This document shows, in pieces, positions 19,637 through 29,370 of a stretch of DNA of 64,000 bases. The number at the start of each line of letters is the position of its first letter. The first letter of the stretch is position 1. The DNA is from Candidatus Woesebacteria bacterium UBA5073 (GTDB lineage Bacteria; Patescibacteriota; Microgenomatia; UBA8517), in NCBI GenBank assembly GCA_002415845.1, contig DIAR01000010.1:12920-76919 (forward strand). Reading direction: 5' to 3'. Position numbers and translations under genes: made by a program. The notes below the pieces were generated by a model that was not told the origin of the DNA, made no database searches, and was given only the letters and a program-made list of their open reading frames with translations.

Positions 19637-20260
19637 TTAAAGTTCAGGCCTTATTGTACGCTTTAAAGTAGTTTCTTTTCCAGACCGAGAAACAGCTTTA
19701 ACGACAATTTCAGTTGTTCCTTCATAAATCTGAATTTCGGTTTTAAATTGTCCTTCATCCTCAACCAAAACCGGCTGATTATTTACTTTTAAAACCACGT
19801 CCTGATCGGTTTTTCCCAAAACCCAAACATTACGGCTTCGAACCACTTCTCCCTCTTTGGGTTCAGTAATCTCTAGAGAAGGTGGTGAAACAAACTTTTT
19901 GTATTGATAACCCAGATAGCTAAAAACCAGAAGTAAAACCAAACTAATACCAACAACAAAAGTAATTTTTGGAGACCAGATAAACTTGTTAACCACATCC
20001 GGCTTCGGGTTAACCGAAAGATCTTTAGGCGGATAATCCCGCCTGAGAATGGCGGCCATTTGTTTTTCGTTTAAATCCAAAAACTTGGCAATGTTTTTAA
20101 CAAAACCTAAAACCACGGCAAAATCGGGTAAGGTCTGCCAATCGTTGTTTTCAAGACTTTCAATAAACTCCTTTTTTATCTTGGTCTCATCTTCAACTTT
20201 TGACAAAGAGAATCTTTTTTTCAAACGGGCTTCCTTTAAGTAGCTGCCGACGGTCTTCAT
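19637..20260 (-). CDS. RodZ-like HTH membrane protein with C-terminal Ig-like domain
   Basis: TVGSYLKEARLKK HTH, LE...LP..GFVKN pattern, TM; downstream of ftsK. Confidence 0.8.
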   Translation of the reverse strand: MKTVGSYLKEARLKKRFSLSKVEDETKIKKEFIESLENNDWQTLPDFAVVLGFVKNIAKFLDLNEKQMAAILRRDYPPKDLSVNPKPDVVNKFIWSPKITFVVGISLVLLLVFSYLGYQYKKFVSPPSLEITEPKEGEVVRSRNVWVLGKTDQDVVLKVNNQPVLVEDEGQFKTEIQIYEGTTEIVVKAVSRSGKETTLKRTIRPEL

Positions 20261-20273
20261 ATACTTTCTAAAA

Positions 20274-22376
20274 TTAGTTTAGTTCCGGTCCTTGGTTTGT
20301 TTTGGCGGATGAGGCAAAGAAATCTTCCGCATTTTTAATCATCACTTCTCTGGGTTTTGAGCCTTCAGCCGGACCAACCACACCGGCCGATTGCAGCTGG
20401 TCAATTAACCTAGCGGCTCTGGCATAGCCGATGGAAAGTCTTCTTTGTAAAAGTGAGGCTGAAGCCCTTTCGTATTGGCAAACTTCCCGAACCGCATCTT
20501 TAAAGAAGGGATCAATATCGCCGACTATTCCGGGAACAGCAGCCATACCGGATTTGGTCATCGTCGTCACCTCTTCGGTATATTGCGGCATAACGCCCTG
20601 GTTTTTAAGGAAGGCCACCAGTCCCGAAACTTCCTTGTCGGAAACAAAAGCGCCCTGAATTCTGACCGGCTTGGCCTGTTCCGGCGGCAGGAAAAGCATA
20701 TCACCTTTGCCTAAAAGTTTCTCTGCCCCTTGGGTATCCAAAATAACCCGTGAGTCAACCTGGGATGAAACGGCAAAAGCGATTCGGCAAGGAATGTTGG
20801 CTTTAATTAAACCGGTAATGACATCAACCGAAGGCCTCTGTGTGGCCAAAATCATATGAATTCCCGTCGCCCGGCTCATCTGGGCAATCCTCGTGATGGC
20901 ATCCTCAACTTCAACCGGAGAGAAAAGCATAATATCGGCCAACTCATCAATGAATAAAACAATGTAAGGCAAGGCCTGAAAACCGGACATTTCGTTATAG
21001 CCGTCAATGTTTCTGGCTCCGGCTTGAGCAAAGAGTTTATAGCGTCTGTCCATTTCGGCCAGAATCCATCGAAGAGCCGAAATAACTTTTTCCGGTTCGA
21101 CAATAACCGGCGTCAATAAATGCGGAATACCGTTGTAACCGGTCAGTTCAACTCTTTTCGGATCAACCAAAATTAATTTCACTTCGGAAGGCGAAGCCCT
21201 AAAAAGAAAAGAGTTTAAGAAAGCATTAATACAGACTGACTTGCCGGAGCCGGTTTGACCGGCAATCAAAACATGGGGCATTTTCCCGATATCGGCCACC
21301 ACTGGTTTTCCGGAAACATCCAACCCCAAAGAAACGGCCAACTTGGAACGATTGTTCTTCATCACTTCCGACTCCATCATCTTTTTTAGAGGCACAAATT
21401 CCGGAGCCCTGTTTGGCAGTTCAATTCCAACCAGTGCCCGGCCGGGAATGGGGGCTTCAATTCTGATTGTTCCGGTCGGAGCGGCAAGAGCTAAAGCCAA
21501 ATCTCTTTCCAGGGAAGTAATTTTGGAAAGCTTGGTCCCGAGAGCCACTTCCAGGGCATATTGGGTAACGGCCGGACCAAGATTAACCTCAACCACCCTG
21601 GCCGTAATACCAAAACTCTCCAGTGTTTTTTCAATAATGGCGGCATTGCCTTTGATATCACCCCTGTCGGCTTTACCCGATTCAACATCACTTAAGATGT
21701 CCAAGGGTGGATACTTCCACACTTTATCTTCTCCCGGAACATTACTGACCAATTTGGCCTCTAAAGCTTCTACGGCCACACTTGGTTTTCCACCTGGTTT
21801 AGGAGCTTGGTTTGGATAATTACTGCCACCCGAGACTTTCATTCCGCCTTTGGGCAGAATTTTCCCAAATCTTGCATCGCCAACTGAGTACTTCTTGACC
21901 TGACCAAAAAGAGAAATAAAGAAATTAATTACCTGTTCAAAAGAAGTATTAAAAAGAACAATCAAGCCGACAATTGATGTCCCAAGAAAAATGATGAAAG
22001 CACCGAAACCGGTGACCATTGAGGCAATCCCTTCCCAAGCCATCCTACCCACATTACCGGCCCGACCTAAGGTTGCAATGGAAATGAAAAACAATAAACT
22101 ACCCACCACCACATTGGGCTGGCTTAGGGGAATCTTTATTTTGGAAAGCATGAAGGCAAAAGAAAGAAAAACAAACGGGAAAAAAATAGTGGCCCAAGAG
22201 AAATTGGCCATCAGCAAATCGTTTAATTTAATTAAAGCCAAGCCTTGACGGGAAAAGGAAATAATAACTAAAGCAGCCAGGGCAAAAAAGAAAATTTGGA
22301 CAATGGAAAAAATAGTCGACTTCTTAAGTTTTAAATTAAATGCTCGTTTAACTAATTTTCTTTTCTTTCTTTGCAT
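20274..22376 (-). CDS. ftsK: DNA translocase FtsK/SpoIIIE
   Basis: N-terminal TMs, AGQTGSGKS, IDELAD, ATQRPSVDVITG, gamma domain SASLLQRRLSIGYARAARLID. Confidence 0.97.
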   Translation of the reverse strand: MQRKKRKLVKRAFNLKLKKSTIFSIVQIFFFALAALVIISFSRQGLALIKLNDLLMANFSWATIFFPFVFLSFAFMLSKIKIPLSQPNVVVGSLLFFISIATLGRAGNVGRMAWEGIASMVTGFGAFIIFLGTSIVGLIVLFNTSFEQVINFFISLFGQVKKYSVGDARFGKILPKGGMKVSGGSNYPNQAPKPGGKPSVAVEALEAKLVSNVPGEDKVWKYPPLDILSDVESGKADRGDIKGNAAIIEKTLESFGITARVVEVNLGPAVTQYALEVALGTKLSKITSLERDLALALAAPTGTIRIEAPIPGRALVGIELPNRAPEFVPLKKMMESEVMKNNRSKLAVSLGLDVSGKPVVADIGKMPHVLIAGQTGSGKSVCINAFLNSFLFRASPSEVKLILVDPKRVELTGYNGIPHLLTPVIVEPEKVISALRWILAEMDRRYKLFAQAGARNIDGYNEMSGFQALPYIVLFIDELADIMLFSPVEVEDAITRIAQMSRATGIHMILATQRPSVDVITGLIKANIPCRIAFAVSSQVDSRVILDTQGAEKLLGKGDMLFLPPEQAKPVRIQGAFVSDKEVSGLVAFLKNQGVMPQYTEEVTTMTKSGMAAVPGIVGDIDPFFKDAVREVCQYERASASLLQRRLSIGYARAARLIDQLQSAGVVGPAEGSKPREVMIKNAEDFFASSAKTNQGPELN

Positions 22377-22432
22377 AGTAGTTACTACTTAAATTACATT
22401 ATAGCGAAGAAGAAAAAAAGTAGATAGAGAAA

Positions 22433-24088
22433 TTATATTTCTACTACCACAGGAAGCACCATCGGTCTTCTGCCGATTTCTTCATAGAAGTAGCGCTCCA
22501 GAAAGTCTGAAGTCATTTCTCGCAGCATCTTGGCGTCAAGTTTATTTCTTTTAACGATTCTTTCTTCAAGAAGTCTGGCTCCTCTTTCCAAGAAGCCCTT
22601 TCCTTTTTTCTCAAAAACAAAGCCCCGACTGATAATTTCCGGAGTATCAACTAATTTGCCGGCAAATTTATCCAGGTGAAGCATGACAATGGCTACCCCT
22701 TCATGGGCCAAAACCTGTCTGTCCCGAAGAACTACACTTCCCACATCACCAATTCCCAAACCGTCAACCAAAACATTTTTGACATGAATCCGGCCCGAGA
22801 TTTTAGCGCTTTTATTGGAAAACTCGATGATATCACCGGCTCCCGGTTCAAAAATATTCTGTTTGGGAGCTCCCATCCTTTGGGCGATACCGGAATAGGC
22901 ATGCATGTGTCTGACGGTTCCACCTATCGGAATGAAATACTTGGGTCGAACTAAGGCAAAAAGCATTTCAACGTCTTTTTCCGAACCGTGTCCCGAAACA
23001 TGCAAATCTTCCTGCATATCGTAGTAATGAACTTCAACATCCAAAGCAATCAGTTTATCCACCACCGCGTCAACATTGGTTTTTGATCCGGGTGGTGCAG
23101 GATCGGAAGAGAAAACAACAACATCGCCTGGCTCAACTGATAAAAACTGATGTTCGCCTATCGCAACCCTATAAAGAGCGCTTCCCGGTTGACCATAACT
23201 GCCGGAAATAATGTACATAATCCGATCCTTTGGTAATTTATTGGCTTCTTTTTGGGTAACGACCAAATCGGCGGGGTAGCTTAAATAGCCTAGGTTCTTG
23301 GCAATTTCGGCTTTCCTATCAATTGACCTTCCGACAAAAACGACTTTTCGTCCCAACTTCATGGCGACATTTAAGGCCTGCTTCATTCTGGAAATATTTG
23401 AGGAAATGGTCGTGAAGTAAACCTGTCCTTTGGCTCCCCTGACAATGGTTTCGATTCTTGATTCGATTTCTCTTTCGCTTTCGGTATAGCCGGGTGCGGT
23501 TGAACCAATACAATCGGAGGCCAAGGCCAGTGCTCCACCAGAAGCTAATTGTGCCAGTTTGGCTACATCAAACGGTCTACCGTCAACCGGCGTCCAGTCA
23601 AATTTATAATCCGGAACATGAAATAATCTGCCTTCAGGTGTATCAATCGCAAAACCAACGCCATCGGGAACCGAATGCGAAACCCTGAAAGGGGTAACTT
23701 TAAAGACACCAAAAGTTAGGGTGTCTTTCTCCGGATCAAAAACATTAATTTTGTTCTTCGGCCCCTCTTCATAATCGGCTAATTTATCTTCAATAAAGCC
23801 GGCCACCAGTTTAGTGGCATAAATCGGAGCATTTATTTCGGGTGGCAAAAAAGGAATGGCTCCCAAATGATCTTCATGAGCATGAGAAATAAGAATGGCT
23901 CTAATCTTGCTGGCGTTTTCCTTCAGGTAGGTAAAATCGGGAATAACCAAATCAACGCCGTACATTTCCGACTCCGGAAAGCCGACACCACAGTCAACGA
24001 CAATAATATCGTTCCCGTATTCATAGACATAAAGGTTTTCCGTAACGTTGGTTGTACCCGAAAGGGCAATTAATTTAAGTGAACTCAT
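22433..24088 (-). CDS. rnj: Ribonuclease J
   Basis: SHAHEDHLG metallo-beta-lactamase motif, HVSGHG, RRPMVLPVVVE. Confidence 0.95.
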   Translation of the reverse strand: MSSLKLIALSGTTNVTENLYVYEYGNDIIVVDCGVGFPESEMYGVDLVIPDFTYLKENASKIRAILISHAHEDHLGAIPFLPPEINAPIYATKLVAGFIEDKLADYEEGPKNKINVFDPEKDTLTFGVFKVTPFRVSHSVPDGVGFAIDTPEGRLFHVPDYKFDWTPVDGRPFDVAKLAQLASGGALALASDCIGSTAPGYTESEREIESRIETIVRGAKGQVYFTTISSNISRMKQALNVAMKLGRKVVFVGRSIDRKAEIAKNLGYLSYPADLVVTQKEANKLPKDRIMYIISGSYGQPGSALYRVAIGEHQFLSVEPGDVVVFSSDPAPPGSKTNVDAVVDKLIALDVEVHYYDMQEDLHVSGHGSEKDVEMLFALVRPKYFIPIGGTVRHMHAYSGIAQRMGAPKQNIFEPGAGDIIEFSNKSAKISGRIHVKNVLVDGLGIGDVGSVVLRDRQVLAHEGVAIVMLHLDKFAGKLVDTPEIISRGFVFEKKGKGFLERGARLLEERIVKRNKLDAKMLREMTSDFLERYFYEEIGRRPMVLPVVVEI

Positions 24089-24708
24089 ATAATTTCTAAC
24101 TGTTCTGTTTGTGTTGTTTTTTCTTTGTTTTCTTTAATTTCATTTAATAATTCCGGAATTTTTAAAAAGTCTTCTTTAATCTGAAGCATGACATCGTTTC
24201 TTCTTAAAGCGGCTGCCGGATGATACATTGGCAATACAACAATTTCTTTACCGTTTAATTGTATACGATGAACTTTACCGTGAACAGAGCTAATCTTTAC
24301 CCCCGGGATAAACTTGCCCATCGAAAACCGGCCCAAGGTCACAATAATTTTTGGATCAATAACACTAATCATTTCATCGATATACGGTTTGAAAGCGGCA
24401 ATCTCGGCATCTTCAGGATCTCTGTTTTCGGGCGGTCTGAAACAAACGACATTGGAAATGAAAACTTCCTTTCTCTCTAATTCAATTGAATGAAGTAACT
24501 TATCTAATAGTATCCCTGCGTTACCGACAAACGGTCGGCCCTTCTGATCTTCCCAGTAGCCTGGGCCTTCACCCAAAAAGAAAACTTTCGTCTCCGGATT
24601 ACCTTCACCAAAAACCATACAGGTTGCCGTTTTCCTTAAAGGCAATGTTTTATCCGCAGCCATTTTGGCTCTTAATTTAAGCAGTTGGTCTTTTTTCGTT
24701 GAATTCAT
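24085..24708 (-). CDS. Uracil-DNA glycosylase, family 4-like
   Basis: GEGPG..ED..GRPFVG, RPPENR, YHPAA. Confidence 0.9.
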   Translation of the reverse strand: MNSTKKDQLLKLRAKMAADKTLPLRKTATCMVFGEGNPETKVFFLGEGPGYWEDQKGRPFVGNAGILLDKLLHSIELERKEVFISNVVCFRPPENRDPEDAEIAAFKPYIDEMISVIDPKIIVTLGRFSMGKFIPGVKISSVHGKVHRIQLNGKEIVVLPMYHPAAALRRNDVMLQIKEDFLKIPELLNEIKENKEKTTQTEQLEII

Positions 24709-24720
24709 TAAATAATTATT

Positions 24721-25767
24721 TTACTGGGGAAGGAAAGTTTTAACATTCTCCGGAGTTATTTTAAACGTTTTTCCTTTTCCTTCAACTATCATCATCGCCA
24801 CCTTTCGAACAATGCTATCAATCGTTCTCTCCAGAGTTCTGATACCGGCATCATAACCCAGAGGCCTCACAATATTGGTCCAAACGGTCTCATCAATCGT
24901 TAAAACATCAGGTGTAATTCCGGCCGTTTTAATGGCTTTAGGCAAAACATATTTTTGGCCAATAGTAATTTTTTCGATATCAGAATAAGAAGGCATCATG
25001 ATCGGTTCAAGTCTGTCCAGAACGGCCGTTGAGATGTTAGTCGTATTATTGGCCGTGGCGATAAACAAAGCGTTAGAAAGATCAAAAGGATAATCAATGT
25101 AATGGTCAACAAAACTGTGATTTTGTTCCGGATCCAAAAGCTCAACCAACACACCCATGATGGAAGCCCTACCTAAATCAGTTACTCGGTCAATTTCATC
25201 CAGAAGGATTACCGGGTTGGCACTTTGGGTTAATTTTAAGGCTTTGATAATTTTCCCCGGTTCGGCTTCGGAATGCATCCTTGATTGGCCTCTTAAATCC
25301 AATGGATCACCCATTCCGCCGAAAGGAATACGGGCAAACTTGCGGCCCAGGGCTTCGGCAATTGAATAGGCAATGGTTGTTTTACCGGTACCCACCAGTC
25401 CCACAAAACAAAGAATCGGCGCCCGGTAAATATCGGCACTCTCGCCTTTCTCCTGTTTTAATTTCATAACCGAAATATATTCCAGAATTCTCTCTTTAAT
25501 TTCGGATAAACCAAAATGGTGTGTATCCAAAATCTGTCTGGCGTTATTAAGATCAAGGTTGTCCTGGGTTTTGGCACTCCACGGCAGAGCCGTAATCCAA
25601 TCAATGTATTTTTCAATCCGGTCAAATTCCGGTAAAAAAGTGGGTGAGTCAGTTAACTTGGTTAATTGGGAAAGTCTCACTAAAACACTCTCAGTTAGCT
25701 TATCAGGAAGTTTGGCCTTTTTAATAGTTTCGGCCAATATATCAATATCTTTTGCGGCAGTATCCAT
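24721..25767 (-). CDS. Stand-alone Lon-type AAA+ ATPase (no N-domain, no protease domain)
   Basis: LPW, HFGLSEIKERILEY, GLVGTGKTT, LLDEIDR, LLDPEQN..FVDHY; stops at the end of the AAA module. Confidence 0.85.
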   Translation of the reverse strand: MDTAAKDIDILAETIKKAKLPDKLTESVLVRLSQLTKLTDSPTFLPEFDRIEKYIDWITALPWSAKTQDNLDLNNARQILDTHHFGLSEIKERILEYISVMKLKQEKGESADIYRAPILCFVGLVGTGKTTIAYSIAEALGRKFARIPFGGMGDPLDLRGQSRMHSEAEPGKIIKALKLTQSANPVILLDEIDRVTDLGRASIMGVLVELLDPEQNHSFVDHYIDYPFDLSNALFIATANNTTNISTAVLDRLEPIMMPSYSDIEKITIGQKYVLPKAIKTAGITPDVLTIDETVWTNIVRPLGYDAGIRTLERTIDSIVRKVAMMIVEGKGKTFKITPENVKTFLPQ

Positions 25768-25794
25768 AACAACTTAACTTTAACACTTTTGGGC

Positions 25795-28080
25795 TTATCT
25801 TGAGAAGTCTTTCTTCTTGTCGTCTAAAAATCGGCTCGTCGGGAAATGAGGACCAGACGATCTTCGATTATCACTTCCAAATCTTCGCTCGCCTCCGCCC
25901 CTGTCATATCTTCTGGGAGCACTTCCTCCTCGGCCAAAACTTTGACCGGGACGTTCATAATGTCTTTCTCCGCCACCGAAACCTCCACCTTGTTTTTTCT
26001 CTTTGTCGTGTGCCGGATCCATCAGCATGGAAAGATTAATTCTGCCCAAATCGTCGATTTCCTTAACCCTAACTTGAACTTTGTCCCCGATTTGCACAAC
26101 TTCGTTCGGATCTTTGACAAAATCTTCCTTCATGTCGGAAACATGAACCAAACCGTCTTTCCCTGGAAGGATTTCGACAAAGGCACCAAAAGGCTGAATT
26201 CTTTTAACTTCGCCCTCATAAATTTCTCCGGCGACAACTTCTTTAATCAAGCCTTCAACCATAGCAACGGCTTTATCAACCGAATCGCTATCCATTCCGG
26301 AGATGTTGGCGCTGCCGTCATCTTCAACTTCAACCTGGGCTCCTGATTCGGCAATAATCTTTTTAATCATCTTGCCACCCGGACCAATAACTTCACCGAT
26401 TTTTTCAACCGGGATCTTAACCACTTTAATCTTCGGGGCAAAGTTGGAAATCTTGGTTCTTGGTTCACCTAAGGTTTCGAGCATGAACTTTAAAATGGTT
26501 TCTCGGGCAACTTTTGCCTGACTAATAGCATCTTTCAAAATAGCCGGCGTTAGGTTTAAAGTTTTTACATCCAACTGCATGGCCGTGACACCTTTTTTGG
26601 TACCGGTAACTTTAAAGTCCATGTCACCCAAATGATCTTCCATACCGATAATATCGGAAAGGACAGCATACTTTTTCGGTGTGTCGATAATCAAACCCAT
26701 GGCAATTCCGGAAACCGGTGAGGTTATAGGAACTCCCGCATCCATTAAAGAAAGGGTTGAACCGCAGGTCGAAGCCATTGAGGTTGAACCGTTGGAACTC
26801 ATAACTTCAGAAACTACCCTAATCGTATAGGGGAATTTATCGGAAGTTGGAATAACCGGCTCCAAAGCACGTTCAGCCAAGGCACCATGTCCAATTTCTC
26901 GTCTTGAAGGCGATCCGACTCTGCCCGCTTCACCGGAGGAAAAAGGCGGCATGGCATAGTGATGAATATATCTTTTTGATTCTTCGCCTTCGGCCGATTC
27001 AATCAACTGTTCCATGGCCGGCGTACCCAAGGTGGTAATGGTTAAAACTTGAGTCTGACCTCTTTGAAAAATAGCACTACCGTGAGTTCTGGGTAAAATT
27101 CCAACCTGACCGAAAAGTTTTCTGATTTCGGTGTGTTTTCTGCCATCCGGTCTTTTTCCGGCCAAAATAAGTTCCCTAACCCGATCCCGCATAATGGCAT
27201 CAAAGGCACCGACAACCACTTCAGGTTTTGTCTCTTCCAACTCTTCAATTAAAGCTTTTTTGGCTTCGTTGTATTCAACCTGTTCACCCTCATGACCGGC
27301 CCAGTCTTTAATTAAATCGTCTAATTTTTCTCCAATCAACTTTTTAACTTTTGACTTTAGCTCGGTGGTTATTTCCTCTGCAGGCAAGACTTCCTTTTTC
27401 TTGCCAACTTCAGCAGCAAAATCATTGATAAACTTTAAAACTTTATCAGCTTCCTTCTTGGCAAATTCAATACCACCCAAAATATCCTTTTCCGGGACTT
27501 CATTGGCACCGGCTTCAATCATGACGACGGCTTTATCGGTTGCAGAAACAACCAAATCCATATCGGAGAAAGCCATTTCCGAAACTACAGGATTAACAAA
27601 ATAGGTTCCTTCTTTAAGACCGACTCTTAAAGTGGCTGTCGGACCCATCCAAGGAATATTCGAAACGGAAAGGGCGGCCGAAGCTGCAATGGCTGAGAGA
27701 ATCATCGGATCATTTTCAATATCAACCGATAAAACGGTGATAATGACCTGAACTTCTTTTTTGTAAGTTGAAGGGAAAAGGGGTCTAATCGTTCGATCAA
27801 TGAGTCTAGCCGATAAAATCTCGTCATCGGAAGGTCGGCCTTCTCTTTTAACCCAGCGGCTGCCTTTAATACGACCTCCCGCATAGAGTTTTTCCATGTA
27901 ATCAACGGTTAAAGGAAAGTAACCCAAATCAACTTTCAGAGGAGCTCCAACAACCGTAGCCAAGACAACGGTTTCACCATATCGAGCCAAAACGGCACCT
28001 GAGGCTTGTTCAGCTAATAGTCCTGTGGAGAGGGTTAATTTTCTGCCCCCTAATTCAATTTCTTTTTCGATTTTTTTCAT
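25795..28080 (-). CDS. pnp: Polyribonucleotide nucleotidyltransferase (PNPase) with RG-rich tail
   Basis: FPLTVDY, RREIGHG, SNGSTSMAS, GDMDFKV, KH and S1 domains. Confidence 0.98.
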   Translation of the reverse strand: MKKIEKEIELGGRKLTLSTGLLAEQASGAVLARYGETVVLATVVGAPLKVDLGYFPLTVDYMEKLYAGGRIKGSRWVKREGRPSDDEILSARLIDRTIRPLFPSTYKKEVQVIITVLSVDIENDPMILSAIAASAALSVSNIPWMGPTATLRVGLKEGTYFVNPVVSEMAFSDMDLVVSATDKAVVMIEAGANEVPEKDILGGIEFAKKEADKVLKFINDFAAEVGKKKEVLPAEEITTELKSKVKKLIGEKLDDLIKDWAGHEGEQVEYNEAKKALIEELEETKPEVVVGAFDAIMRDRVRELILAGKRPDGRKHTEIRKLFGQVGILPRTHGSAIFQRGQTQVLTITTLGTPAMEQLIESAEGEESKRYIHHYAMPPFSSGEAGRVGSPSRREIGHGALAERALEPVIPTSDKFPYTIRVVSEVMSSNGSTSMASTCGSTLSLMDAGVPITSPVSGIAMGLIIDTPKKYAVLSDIIGMEDHLGDMDFKVTGTKKGVTAMQLDVKTLNLTPAILKDAISQAKVARETILKFMLETLGEPRTKISNFAPKIKVVKIPVEKIGEVIGPGGKMIKKIIAESGAQVEVEDDGSANISGMDSDSVDKAVAMVEGLIKEVVAGEIYEGEVKRIQPFGAFVEILPGKDGLVHVSDMKEDFVKDPNEVVQIGDKVQVRVKEIDDLGRINLSMLMDPAHDKEKKQGGGFGGGERHYERPGQSFGRGGSAPRRYDRGGGERRFGSDNRRSSGPHFPTSRFLDDKKKDFSR

Positions 28081-28089
28081 CTAAAACTT

Positions 28090-28359
28090 TTATTTTTCTA
28101 ATTTCAAATCTTTAATGAGGTTCTTGTAGCGGTCCTCATCACGCTTTCGAAGATAACTTAACAGTCTTCTTCTTTTGGCTACCATACTCAAAAGTCCTCT
28201 TCTTGAATGAACATCTTTGGAGTGTTCTTTTAAGTGAGCAATGAGTTTGTCAATCTGGGCTGAAAGAAGGGCGATTTGTACTTCCGGAGAACCGGTGTCG
28301 CCTCTTTCCCGCGCATACTTTTTTATTAAGCCGATTTTTTCGTCACCTTTAAGTGCCAT
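28090..28359 (-). CDS. rpsO: 30S ribosomal protein S15
   Basis: [22 protein letters not shown]. Confidence 0.98.
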   Translation of the reverse strand: MALKGDEKIGLIKKYARERGDTGSPEVQIALLSAQIDKLIAHLKEHSKDVHSRRGLLSMVAKRRRLLSYLRKRDEDRYKNLIKDLKLEK

Positions 28360-28425
28360 AGCGTCATGTTTGACAAAGTAGATCTTTAAAAGGTTAAAGG
28401 ATAAACCTTGTCGACATCAGGGTGT

Positions 28426-28454
28426 ATTCTAACATACCAAAACGGGAATTACAA
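28426..28454 (-). promoter_or_regulatory. rpsO promoter
   Basis: TTGTAA-N17-TAGAAT with extended -10 TGT. Confidence 0.6.
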
Positions 28455-28462
28455 AAGGCAAT

Positions 28463-29362
28463 TTAACTGACTGAGGTTCCCTTATAAATCTTGGGCTCCA
28501 GCCAATCCTTCGGAGCCGGCTTTGCATCTTCGGGTTCTTCCTGAATTGGTGCAGCCTGGCTAAAAACCGGCTGTTCAGGAACCGTTTTTTCAAAAACAGG
28601 TTTTTCACCGGGAATTGAACCCATCGGATAATTATCCCGGGAAATTCTTTCCGACAAAACTCTTCGCCCCCCGGCTTTCATTAAGTTGGCCATAGCAACA
28701 AAGGTTTCGGCCGTCACTTCAAAGCTTTTCAAGCCCCGGCTGCCCTCTTCAATTCCGGCAATCAGGTTGGTCGCAATATCCGCTCCCAGATCAAAATTAC
28801 CTTCAAAGATAAGGGCTGAGACAATCTCAGAAACCGACGCGGCGGGCCTGGCAAAAGAAAGAACATTTTCATTTCCGGTTAAAGCCAGGGCTTTCGTTCC
28901 AATATGTAAAATTTTGGCATCAGCCAAATCTTTACCAAGAATCGGAAAGTGGGAAGAATTGGCTCCACCAACCAAAATAATCGTATCGGCCGAAATACCC
29001 GAATAGGAAATATCGACCTGGTCTTTGGTTGGAGCCATAAAACCGCTTTTCGGAACAACCGTTAACTTAAACTCACCGTTCTCAATATCATAGCTGACCT
29101 TCTCAATATCGGCCGCTTTATAGCCGGCAAATTTCATGGTCATGTTTTTATTTCCCAAATCCTGGGTAATCTTATCAACCCCAACCAGGCGGTGAAACTC
29201 AACCAGCATGTCAGCCGGACAGGAAATGCTTGTTTCTTTTTTGGTTGAAAGGGAAAGATAAAGTCCCAACGCAGCCGCCACTTGGTCAAAATAAGGCTTG
29301 GTTGGGAGCATAACAAGAACAGAGTTGGAGGCATTTATGATCTGCGAGAATGAATTTTCCAT
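28463..29362 (-). CDS. Degenerate DHH-family (NrnA-like) protein
   Basis: Position after infB; D..AAALGL, SVSEIV and ATNLIAGI patterns, but no DHH triad. Confidence 0.55.
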   Translation of the reverse strand: MENSFSQIINASNSVLVMLPTKPYFDQVAAALGLYLSLSTKKETSISCPADMLVEFHRLVGVDKITQDLGNKNMTMKFAGYKAADIEKVSYDIENGEFKLTVVPKSGFMAPTKDQVDISYSGISADTIILVGGANSSHFPILGKDLADAKILHIGTKALALTGNENVLSFARPAASVSEIVSALIFEGNFDLGADIATNLIAGIEEGSRGLKSFEVTAETFVAMANLMKAGGRRVLSERISRDNYPMGSIPGEKPVFEKTVPEQPVFSQAAPIQEEPEDAKPAPKDWLEPKIYKGTSVS

Positions 29363-29370
29363 GATTTGTC

